From the NCBI RefSeq assembly GCF_963921235.1, contig NC_086108.1, forward strand, positions 111,664,001 through 111,728,000: a stretch of 64,000 bases of DNA, in the 5' to 3' direction. Shown here in pieces: positions 13,043-23,739 of the stretch (position 1 is its first letter; each line of letters begins with the position of its first letter). Source of the DNA: Mobula hypostoma (lineage: Eukaryota). The position numbers and the translations under genes were made by a program. The notes below the pieces were generated by a model. The model worked only from the letters and a program-made list of their open reading frames with translations. It ran no database searches and was not told where the DNA came from.

Positions 13043-13930
13043 TATGGTTATATAATGTTGGGACTTTATAAAGCACTGGTGAGGCGTCACTTGAAGTATT
13101 GTGAACAGTTTCAGGCCCTTTATCTTAGAAAAGGTGTGCTGAAACTGGAGAGGGTTCAAAGGAGGTTCATGAAAATTATTCTGGTATTGAATGGCTTGTC
13201 CTATGAAGAGCACCTGTACTTGCTGGAATTCAGAAGAATGAGGGGTGACCTCTTTGAAACTTATCAAATGGTGATAGAGTGGATGTTTGCTATGGTGGGA
13301 GAGTCTAAGACCAGAGGACACAGCCTCAGAATAGAGGTGTCCTTTTAGAGTAGAGATGAAGAGGAACTTCTTTAACTGGAGTGATAAATCCATGGAATTC
13401 CTTGCCTCAGGCAGCTGTAGAGGCCAAGTCTTTACGTACATTTAAGGCAGAGGCTGATAGATTCTTAATTGGTCAGGACATGATGGGATATGTGGAGAAG
13501 GCAAGAGATTGGGGCTAAGAAAATAAATCAGCCATGATGAAATGACAGCAGACTCAACAGCCCAATAATAGCCCAATTCTGCTGCTACATCTTATGGTCT
13601 CGATATTATCACCTTTGTCTTTTGTATTTACAGTTTGCCATCTTGTGTACATTGGTTGTTTGTCCATCTTTCTGTGTGGTCTTTCATTGATTCTATTCAG
13701 AATCTTTGTATTTATTGTGAATGCCTGCAATAAAATTAATCTCAGGTTTGTATATAGTGACACATGTACTTTAATAAGTTTACTTTGAACTTGACGGGAA
13801 CATCTTTGGGGAGGGAATTCTGTACTGGATTTATTTCAATAATTGCAGTTGGAATGACCGTCTGACTGGAGACAGAAGCGGAACCCAAGCCACCACCCTC
13901 AACTCCAGCGAACAGCCAGGGAACTGGTAC

Positions 13931-14155
13931 CTGTAGAGTAACCATCGCTATCTTCAGGATCTGCACACCTAGCTTCCAGGGTTTGCGGCCACGAGCCTGG
14001 AATTTCTCGCATGGGTTCATGAAGAAGAATTTGAGCTTCCGCCGGACGTGGTCGGCCGAGGGTGGATTGATGACTGACCCTTCGTCCCTTCTCTGCGGTA
14101 TCGAGCCCTCCACAGCTCCACCACCGCCATTGGTGGCCAGGCCAGGACCTGTCAT
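13931..14155 (-). CDS. MCOLN3: Mucolipin-3-like first coding exon (exon starts at 14157, ATG at 14155)
   Basis: Acceptor ttgttcttgttccattAG|ATATG, donor ACAG|GTACCA, 75 codons. RRKLKFFFMNPCEKFQARGRKPWKLGVQILKIAMVTLQ is closer to TRPML3 (KFFFMNPCEKF, KPWKL, KIAMVT) than TRPML1 (KYFFMSPCDKF, KPCKL). Confidence 0.95.
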
Positions 14156-15469
14156 ATCTAATGGAACAAGAACAATAGTGATTCCACATCACCAACCCTT
14201 CAGGGTCTGCACTACAGCACAGTAATAGGCCCTTTGACCCATCTAGTCCATGCAAACAATTAGTCCCTTGGATCCATACCCCCTCCCATCTATGTACCTC
14301 TAAATTTCTTAAATGCTGCAATTGAACCCGCATAACAAGACCATAAGAAATAGGAGCAGAATTAGGCCATTTGGCTCATTGATTCTGCTCTACTATTCCA
14401 TCATGGCTGATCGATTTCCCTCTCAGCACCAATCTCCTGCCTTCTTTGTAACCCTGACTAATCAAGAATCAAATAAGATTCTTGTATTCACCACTTCTGA
14501 TAGTAGCTCATTCCACCCACACTGAGTGAAGTTCCCTATTTCCCCTTAAATAATTCACTCTTCACCCTCAACCCATGACCTCTAGTTGTCTCACCCAACC
14601 TCAGCAGGAAAAGGTTTGCTTGTATTTACCTTATCTACACCCCTCAATTTTGTATCCCTCTATCCAATCTCCCATCATTCTCCTAAGCTGTAGGAAATAA
14701 CATCCTCACCTATTCAGATTTTCCTTATAACTCAGGTACTCAAGACCTAGCAACATCACAATGAAGGGTTTTGGTGCAAAATGTTGTCTCTTTATTCTCC
14801 TCCATAGATGCTGCCTGACCTGCTAAGCTTTTTGTGGTCCTCTGGGTTTTCAGCATCTGCAGAATCTGTTTGACATCCTTGCTTCACTTTCTCTTCATTT
14901 TCAATTTTATCGATGCCTTTCCTGTGTGGTAGGTGACCAGAATGGCACACATTACAAATTTGGCCTCACCTACATCTTCAAGTTCAACATACAGTAACAT
15001 CCCAATCTTGTCTGTTAGAGAGTCAGGGTAAATAGCATTAATGAAGGCTCTTCAGCCCAACTAGTCAATGCTGACCAGTGCCACCCAGCTGGTCCCAATT
15101 TCCTGTGTTTATTCCATAATCCCCCAAACCCCATTCCTCCATAAAACAGGAGCAGAAGTAGTCCATTCAGCCCATCAAGACTGCTACAAATTTAGAGATC
15201 ACCACCATAAACAGGCCCAGCAAGGCCACACCACCCAATTACACCCATGTGACCGAATAAGCTCCTGACCTGTTCATCCAGGCACCTTTCCCAGTGCTCC
15301 TTCAATGGTATTTTTATACCTGTTTCAACCACTTCCTCCGACAGCTTGTTCCATATGCTTACCTCCTTTCCTCTCTTCCCCCTGTTTTGGGGAAAAGACA
15401 CTGCTACTGGGCAGCAAACAGAGTTGCTACCTCACAGTTCCAGAGACCTGGGTTCGATCCAGGGAGGGA

Positions 15470-16030
15470 ATGTCAAGAGCACAGAACCTGAAGCCACGAA
15501 GCCTCCCAATGGTCAGGGTCGACCATGAAAGGTGAATCCTCGTTGTCACATGGAAGCCAGGGCAGTACGATATGGAGAGCAAGCTGTTAGCCATGCAGGC
15601 CTCCCCTCTGCACGCAACTGATGAATCTAAAGGAACAGCAGACTGATGCAGTTTGGCACCAGTAGCGTTGCAGGAGTTGCCTGGTCAGTGTTGAATTCAA
15701 TGTAGAATTGCCTTAGGGACTCCAACTGCAGATCTTTCCCTTGGGGTTTACTCCCAAAGCCTTCCTCATGAGTGGGTATAACTGCAAGGTAGCGGAGAGT
15801 TGAGATCAGAGGTTTTCTTCTCCTAGATTAGCGCCAATCATGGCTGGTGAACCCCATCTACCCGAGGTGATGGGTTTCAAGGCTCCAGTAACCCACCTTT
15901 GCCCCTTCTCAGTTCTGCGTGCTTGGTCGCTAAGCCACACGTGAAGGCTAGGACCTGGAATTGGTAGTCAGCGGCTATTTGAGATGCACGTCATTGGGAG
16001 TGTTTAAATAGGCAGTGGGGGCTCAAACCC
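15470..16030 (-). mobile_element. Non-coding retroelement fragment, probably RTE-clade 5'UTR-derived
   Basis: Shares three collinear blocks with the body of the 12741-13042 SINE. The RTE assignment is from memory of similar elements only. Confidence 0.45.
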
Positions 16031-16079
16031 ACTATGCCCCTTCCCCACCATCTATGACGACCTTACGAACAACAAAAAG

Positions 16080-16950
16080 TAGAGCCTGCTCTATTTGCTT
16101 TGTGCCTATGACTGTGTGGCAAGTACGGATCCAACACCATATACAAGTTTGCTGATGACACCACTGTTGTGGGCTGCATACAGGAGATTGAAAATTTTGC
16201 TGAGTGGTGCACAACAACAACCTCCCACTCAATGTCAACAAGACCAAGGAACTGATTGTACACTTCAGGTGAGGGAAACCAGAGTCCATGAGCCAGTAAT
16301 CAGATGGAGGGAATCAGTAACTTTAAATTCCTGGCTGTTACCATGTCAGAGCATTTGTTCAGTACCCATAATATTATGAAGAACAAACAGCACCTCTACT
16401 TCCTCTGGAGTCTGAGGAGGTTCAGAATGTCAAAAACCTTGGCAAATTTTGATAGATGTGTGGTGAAAAGTGTGATGACTGGCTTCATTGTGGCCTGGTA
16501 TGGGTACACCAATGCCTTCAAATGGAAAATCCTACAAAAGATAGTGGATTCAGCCAGTACATCACAGGTAAAACCCTCCCAACCATTGAGCACATCTATG
16601 TGAAATGTTGCCATAGAAAAGCAGCATCCATCATCAAAAGATCCTCACCACCCAGGCCAGGCTCTCTTCTCACTGCCGCCATCAGGAAGGTGGTACAGGA
16701 GCCTCAGGACTCACACCACCAGGTTCAAGAACAGTTACTACCCCTCAGCCATCAGACTCTTGAACCAAAAAGGGATAGCTACACTCATTGAAGACTCTGC
16801 TAATGTTATTTCATGCTCGTTATTTACATCTGCATCGTTTGTTGTTCATTGATCCTGTTTACAGTTATTCTATAGATTTGCCAAGGACGACTGCAGAAAA
16901 AGAATCTGAATACATGGTGACATGCAAGTACTCTGATAACACATTTTACT
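16080..16950 (+). mobile_element. Degenerate Rex1/Babar-type LINE 3' part
   Basis: KFADDTTVVG, LNVNKTKELIV, HLYFLWSLRRF, LANFDRCVVKSV motifs and a 3'UTR. Related fragments at ~1230-1640, ~10370-10580 and ~22970-23370. Confidence 0.75.
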
Positions 16951-17730
16951 TCAAAATGCTAACCAAGATGTCTTTACTTAGACCACGAGGTACAAGACGC
17001 AAGAGAAGAATTAGGCCATTCTGCCCATCAAGTCCATTCCACGGTTCCATCATGGCTAATCCTAGATCCCGTTCAACTCCAGACACCTGCCTTATAGCCA
17101 TTTCCTTAGATGCCCTGACCAATCAGGAATCTATCAACTTTCGCTATAAATGTACCCACAGACTTGACCTCCAGTGCAGTCTGTGGCAGAGCATTCCACA
17201 GATTCACCATTCTGTCTTTAAAAACAAAACAATTCCTCCTTACTTCTATTCTAAAGGGCTTGAGGCTATACTCTTCATACGTTAACCCATCATTCCCAGA
17301 ATCATCCTCATGAACCTCTTCTGGACTCTCAAATGAAAACACATCCTTTGAGAAATGGGGCCCCAAAACTCCAACTGCAGTGTCTTATAAAGCCTCCCCC
17401 TCCAATTCACTTGGGAAAGCTCCTTTCTCATGCCTTTGTAATTCCCTTTATTCCATTGCAATACTGATAAGTGTTTCTTGTGCTTCTCCCTCTCAAATTA
17501 CAGAACAAATTCAATCATATTATGATCACTGCTTTTTAATGGTTCCTTTACATTAAGCTCCTTTATAAGATCTGGGTTATTACACAACACCAAATCTAAC
17601 AGCTTTTAAGAGCAGCTTGTTCTTGAGCCTACTCAGGGAAAGGCCATCTCAGGCATTCAACAGATTCCCTTTTGCGATCCAACACCAACCCAATTTTCCC
17701 CATACCCTGGCATATTGAAGTCACTTATTA

Positions 17731-18734
17731 CACTGGACAACAAAGATTTTGCTTCCTGAATACCTTTAGGTGTATCTTGTGAATTTTGGGCTACTGATCA
17801 CGAAAATCACCATGAAACTTCCCTATCACACACTTTTTTTTAAAAATAAAGGTGTTTACTATTTCAATTCATAATTCAAATCAATTAAAATGTTGCCTAC
17901 AATGCAAGCTGGAAAGTTTCCTATCTTGTCCAGGCATGCTTGGGAATGCTCAGGCAGTGTGGCTGCTGCCTGGCAGGACAGGTTTTAGTAATAATTATTG
18001 GGTTCAGGACTGTAAGGATGGAATTTGCTATCACCAGGCACAAACATTTCTATGAAGGATTTTGATACTTGAGACAGATGCTTCCCAGAATAACTGACGC
18101 CAAGATTAAGGAAAGAACTTTTGTTGGTCCACAAATCAAACAGGTCATCAACAACAGGAAATTTGAAGAATTTATAGTGGGACTGGAGAAAATCACATGG
18201 AAGGCATTCAAGGAGGTTGTTGAAATTTTTCCTTGGCATCTACAGAGCACCAAACTACATGCAGCTGGTTGAAAGCATGCTTCAATCATATAAAACCATG
18301 AAATGCAACGTGCCACTAAAGATTCATTTTCTGCGTTCCCATTTAGACTTCATCCCTGCAAATCTTGGTGCTGTTAGTGATGAGCATGGTGAAAGGTTTC
18401 ACCAGGACATTGCGGTCATAGAGAAAAGATACCAGGGCAACTGGAATCCATCAGTGCTGGTGAATTATTGTTGGACACTTAAGCAAGAAGCCTCAGGCAC
18501 TGAGTACAAATGAAAATCATGAACAATATTTTTAAACTTAGTTGAACTATTGCAAAGCATCAGCACCATTATGCAATTAAACATATTATATTCAATAAAA
18601 GTTAATTTGTTGTTTCTCCAAATTCCTATGTGATACAAGTAGTCTGAAATTATATTTGTGTTGATCTTCAAGCAGTCTATCAAACAAAAAAAATCTGAGG
18701 AAGCAACACTTCTGAAAAAAATTGTCATCTAGTG
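17731..18734 (+). mobile_element. Internally deleted Chapaev3-like (CMC) DNA transposon with transposase C-terminal remnant
   Basis: Termini CACTGGACAACAA...TTGTCATCTAGTG with TTA on both sides. Frameshifted peptide DAKIKERTFVGPQI...LKIHFLRSHLDFIPANLGAVSDEHGERFHQDI...RYQGNWNPSVLVNYCWTL (18069-18513). Confidence 0.8.
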
Positions 18735-18853
18735 TTATAGTTATGATATTACCCTCATTACAGGCCCTTTCCAGCTCTCTGCAACTCCAGCCCCACATCT
18801 TGGCTACTACTTGGAGGCCTATGTACAATTCCCATAATGTGTTTTTTTTAAAA

Positions 18854-19821
18854 TGTGACGAGAATACACATAAATTAAGATGTTTGCTGGCCTGGGCTAG
18901 CACCAGTGGCATCAGCAGTTGGTCTGCCACCTGTCCTCAGGGGAGGGAGAGATAAGGAACACAATGAAACAGCATTTGGAGATGTTAATGAAGGAGCCAT
19001 CAGTCTGGGTATTGTCAAGATCAGCTCCCCCTTTGAACCCTGAACTGTTTGAAGTGATGGACAGGCGATTTGGAGATGTGTAATGAAGGGACGGGAGAGA
19101 GAGCTGTCTAGAGCGGCTCCCCCTTTGAACCCTGAACTGTCTGAGGTGATGGACAGGCGATACCCCAGCAGGGGAATAAAAAGGGACAGGTTCGCTAAGG
19201 CAGGACACACGACACCCCAAGGTAACGAGACCCTGGAAGCGGTGCGCCTCTCACAAGTCAGTGGGAAGCTCTTGGACGGCTGATTGCGGGATCAGCCTTA
19301 GACGCACAGGGTGGAAAGGTACGATCAGCGGGAACCCAGTGTGTGTCCGCCCTTGCTTGGGTGCCAGGTTCACTGCAGAGGATCGACCGCATCTGGAGGA
19401 GGGGTCACAGTCGGTGACCCCAGGTGACATCACAAAGGACTCGCCTGAAAGCTGCTTGTGAGCAATATCGCAGGTCTGTGTGTGGAAGCCGTTTTGAATG
19501 ATCAGTCGTTCTCTCTCTCCCTCCCCCCACATTGTCCATCGCCATGGCAACGATTACTGCGAACTGAACTAGATTGAACTGGACTTTGTGTCACTTTGAA
19601 ATTGGTCATTTACCCCCAGACAACGATAGAGCTTGATTGATCCTGTTATCTTAATTCTGTGCACATGTGTGGTTATCATTGCTGAACTGTTGCATTTATT
19701 ATCCTTTCAATTACTGTGTTGCTTGCTTCTTTAATAAAACTTTCTTAGTTCTAGTAATCCAGACTCCAACTGAGTGATCCATTTCTGCTGGTTTGGCAAC
19801 CCAGTTACGGGGTACGTAACA
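18854..19821 (+). mobile_element. Solo LTR (968 bp)
   Basis: TGTGACG...CGTAACA termini, AAAA on both sides, AATAAA at ~19733, internal ~94-bp tandem duplication (18974-19161). Its 3' end is shared with the 34611-35980 LTR. Confidence 0.8.
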
Positions 19822-20669
19822 AAAAGCCGTAACAGTTTCTTAACTCCACCCACAAAGATCAACGTTTTCTGACCCTATGTCACCCCTTTCTAAAGATGCA
19901 ATTCCAGCTCTTAACAACAGAGCCACATCACTGCCTATGGCTTCTGCCTGTTCTTTTTGGTACAAAGTATATCTTTTGAAGTTGAATTCCCAACTATGCC
20001 CTCTTTCAGCTATGACTGACACCCACAATGTCTTACCAACTAATCTCTAAATGTGCCACGAGTTCATCCACCGCATTCCAAATGTTACCTGCGTTTAAAT
20101 ACCGCATCTTCCGACCTGCATTCTTCGCCCTTTTGAATTTTACCTCTGAGGTGCAACTTAATTCTTTGCTCTGTCTGCATTTGTACCCAATCATTGACTT
20201 ATCCTTCCTTACATTCATATTACATAAATCTCATACAAATGCGAAGTTATTATCAGTAATATACAGTAGGCTATGAAATTTGTATAGCATAAAAATTACT
20301 ATAAATTAAGTATACAAAAGTACCTCCTCCCTGATAGCAGCAGACTAATTTAAACCCTTCTCCTCCACACATTTGTCTGAATAGTTTTTCTTCAACATTG
20401 TACCTACCTCAACTGCTTTCACCAGCAGCTCATTCCATACATCCACCTCTGAAGTTGTCCAGCAGGTGCCTCTTAAATATTAACTTCCCACCCTCTAGTT
20501 TTGTCTTGCTGGGAAAGGGTGATTCAAGTTTGGCCGATCATATCTTTCTTCTCCTTTCAGAAATATACCCTAATCACACAATTTGCAAACTGATAAATTT
20601 CATACCTCACCCTTGCACAATGGGCTATCACTCCATTTGCATAAGCGTTTCATTATCAATATTAGCAGA

Positions 20670-21438
20670 ATTATACACCAGTCATTGAAAGTGGGCATGC
20701 AGGTACAGCAGGCGGTGAAAAAGGCAAATGGTATGCTGGCATTTATAGCGAGAGGATTCGAGTACAGGAGCAGGGAGGTACTACTGCAGTTGTACAAGGC
20801 CTTGGTGAGACCACACCTGGAGTATTGTGTGCAGGTCTCGTTGCACCTCCCCTTTTCCTAATCGGCCACCATTCAGATAATAATCTGTTTTCCTATTTTT
20901 GCCACCAAAGTGGATAACTTCACATTTATCCACATTAAATTGCATCTGCCATGAATTTGCCCACTCACCCAACCTATCCAAGTCACCCTGCATCCTCTTA
21001 GCATCCTCCTCACTGCTAACACTGCCACCCAGCTTCGTGTCATCCGCAAACTTGGAGATGCTGCATTTAATTCCCTCATCCAAGTCATTAATATATATTG
21101 TAAACAACTGGGGTCCCAGCACTGAGCCTTGCGGTACCCCACTAGTCACCGCCTGCCATTCTGAAAAGGTCCCGTTTATTCCCACTCTTTGCTTCCTGTC
21201 TGCTAACTAATTCTGCTAATCTGTGGAATTCTCTGCCACAGGAAACTGTTGAGGCCAGTTCATTGGCTATACTTAAGAGGGAGTTAGATATGGCCCTTGT
21301 GGCTACGGGGATCAGGGGGTATGGAGGGAAGGCTGGGGCGGGGTTCTGAGTTGGATGATCAGCCATGATCATAATAAATGGCGGTGCAGGCTCGAAGGGC
21401 CGAATGGCCTACTCCTGCACCTATTTTCTATGTTTCTA
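20670..21438. mobile_element. Scrambled young CR1 insertion (+/-/+ segments)
   Basis: Relative to the 51.9-55.9 kb copy: 20670-20834 matches 55239-55403 (+), 20832-21214 matches ~54850-55232 (-), 21218-21438 matches 55722 to the tail (+). Confidence 0.9.
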
Positions 21439-23442
21439 ATATGGCATTAACGATACATCTCATTGCGAGTTTGCACCTTACTGTTATCTGAACATTCTCT
21501 GTAACCAGAGCATTGTAAGCACACACAAAACACCAGAGGAACTCGGCAGGTCAGGCAGCATCTACGGAAGTGAATAAACAGTCAACGTTTCAGGCTGAGG
21601 CGCAAGGGTCTCGGCCAGAACCATCCGCTCTTTCTACAGATGCTGCCCAACACCCGAGCTCTTCCAGCATTGTGGGCATTTGCAGAATCACTTGTTTATT
21701 CGTCTGCATTACTGCTGTTCTACCTCAATGCACCAAGTTCGATCTGAACTTGTGAACAGCAGGCAACACAAGCTTTTTCCACTGCAACTTGGTAATGTGA
21801 CAATAATAAATACTTTTCATTAATACATTTTCAAAGTGACAAGCTTGAAAATCCCAATCACTGAATGAAAGTGTGCTGTTTGGACTGTGAGCAGATGAGA
21901 AGTGGCGAGAGGGGAGGCAGTATGGGGCTTAAAAAAAACAAAAAAAACACAAAACTAGAGTTGTGACACACCTCAGCACATCACAAACTAGCCTCCCCTC
22001 TATGGACCACCTATACTGCTCACTAAAGCCGGAAGCATGATTAAAGACCCTCACCCACCCAGACATTCTCTTTTATCCCCCTCCCCCCGCCCACAGGGCA
22101 GAATACAAGGACTGTTTCTATCTCACTGTTATCAAAATCGTCTTCAGCCTACCTCATGACTTGCAATTTATTTGCCCGTGCTGTACTCTGCAGCTGAGAT
22201 ACCATACTGCATTCTTACCGCAGACATTCTCTCTTCTACATTGTTATTCTCTTCTCCAGTACTACATCAGTGTCCTGATGCAATGAAGTGATCCCTATGC
22301 AAAACACTTTACACTGTACCTCTGTACATGAATAACCAATAAACCAAACCCTTTTGCTAGAAAAGCCACAATCCATTTGCCATCTCATTGACCTTGTATA
22401 GACTTCTGTGATCTATTTTGAGCAGAGAATTTGGTGACTGATTTCCAAATCTCTCCCTCCTTCCACTTCAATTTCCAAAGCCACAGCACTTTTGTTTCAG
22501 AACATAGAACAGTACAGCACAGGCCCTTCAGCCTACAATATTGTGCTAACCTATACAAGCCTACTCCACCACCAATCTAACCCTTCCTACATCACCCTCC
22601 AGTTTTCTTTCACCCATGTGTCTCCAAGACTTAAATGTCCCCACTGTATTGGCATCTATCACCACCCATGGCAGCACAGAGCACTAAGAACCCAACTCTG
22701 AGATCTCCAGTCACCTTAAAGAGATGTCCTCTGGTGTTAGCCTCTGTCATCCTGGGAAAAGTCTCTGGCTGTCCACAATATGCTCTTATACACCTATATC
22801 ACATCACCTGTCATCCTCATTCACTCCAGAGGGAAAAAAGCCCTTGCTTGCTCAACCTATCCACAAAACATGCTCTCTAATCCAAGCAGCATCCTCAAGT
22901 TTCCACATCAGCATCCTGCCACATCTTTTCTTACAGCACAAGGCCACTCAACACAGCAAGCCTACTAGCCCACCAAGCAATCTTGTTCTGGTAAGGAGAG
23001 GCCACTGCACAGGATCGGGAAAAAGCTGTAGAAAATTGCAAACTCAGCCAGCTCTATCATGGACAGTAGTCTCTTGTAGAGAACACCTTCAAAAGCCAAT
23101 GCCTCAAAAAGAAAAACAAAGTGGCATCCATTACGAAGGACCCCCATCACATGTTCTCTTCTCATTTGCTCCCATCACGAGCCTGAAGACCCATAGTCAA
23201 CATTCCAGGAACAGCTTCTCCTCCAGATTTCTGAATGGAAAATGAATCCCACGTACACCACCTCACTAGTTTGCTCTTTCCGCACCACTTGATTTTTTAA
23301 TCTACGTTTCTTATTGCAACGTACAGCTGCGCAAAACTAATTTCAATACTTATGCCAGTGATATTAAGCCTGATTGATAGCATGTCCATAAGGTGACACG
23401 AGGCACAGGAGACTATGCAAGGCGAGTGACAAGAAATGATAG

Positions 23443-23624
23443 CAAACAACAGGAATTCTGCAGATGCTGGAAATTCAAGCAACACACATCAAAGTTGCTG
23501 GTGAACGCAGCAGGCCAGGCAGCATCTCTAGGAAGAGGTACAGTCGACGTTTCAGGCCGAGACCCTTCGTTAGTCCTGATGCTGCCTGGCCTGCTGCGTT
23601 CACCAGCAACTTTGTGTGTTGCAG
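23443..23624. mobile_element. Self-inverted mini Penelope-derived insertion with a split hammerhead
   Basis: 10-bp TSD GAAATGATAG at 23433-23442 and 23625-23634. ~45-bp inverted arms (gcaacacacatcaaagttgctggtgaacgcagcaggccaggcagcatc and its complement). Confidence 0.85.
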
Positions 23625-23739
23625 GAAATGATAGTGGAGGACTAGCATCCTGCTACTGAGATGGTGATTTCAACCCCCGTTCCATTACAGGTACTATGGT
23701 CACAGATTGTGCACATTAACTCAGCCTTTGCTTCAGCAT

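Larger units (their letters stand above)
10590..13600 (+). mobile_element. Degenerate CR1 ORF2 interrupted at ~11747-13052 by a younger CR1 and a SINE
   Basis: RT motifs (YLDFQKAFDKV, KANAMLAFI) break after 'agcagggat' at ~11747 and resume at 'ataatgttgggactttataaagcactgg' at ~13052. Confidence 0.85.
16980..20230 (-). mobile_element. Degenerate, internally deleted CR1 hosting a Chapaev element and a solo LTR
   Basis: CR1 3' end at ~16980-17390. APE-region sequence continues across the insertions at 17731-18734 and 18854-19821 to YLNAGNIWNAVDEL at ~20100. Confidence 0.75.

Noticed and set aside
13742..13930. C-terminal extension of ORF 13742-14155
   Set aside because: Mucolipin similarity stops at the GT donor (13930); the rest is intron read-through. 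The same applies to the flanks of ORFs 9334-9609 and 61-345.
255..14155. Assignment as MCOLN1 or MCOLN2
   Set aside because: Diagnostic residues (KFFFMNPCEKF, KPWKL, LSNQMVV, VGNHAYE) fit TRPML3 better. A lineage-specific MCOLN3 paralogue cannot be excluded.
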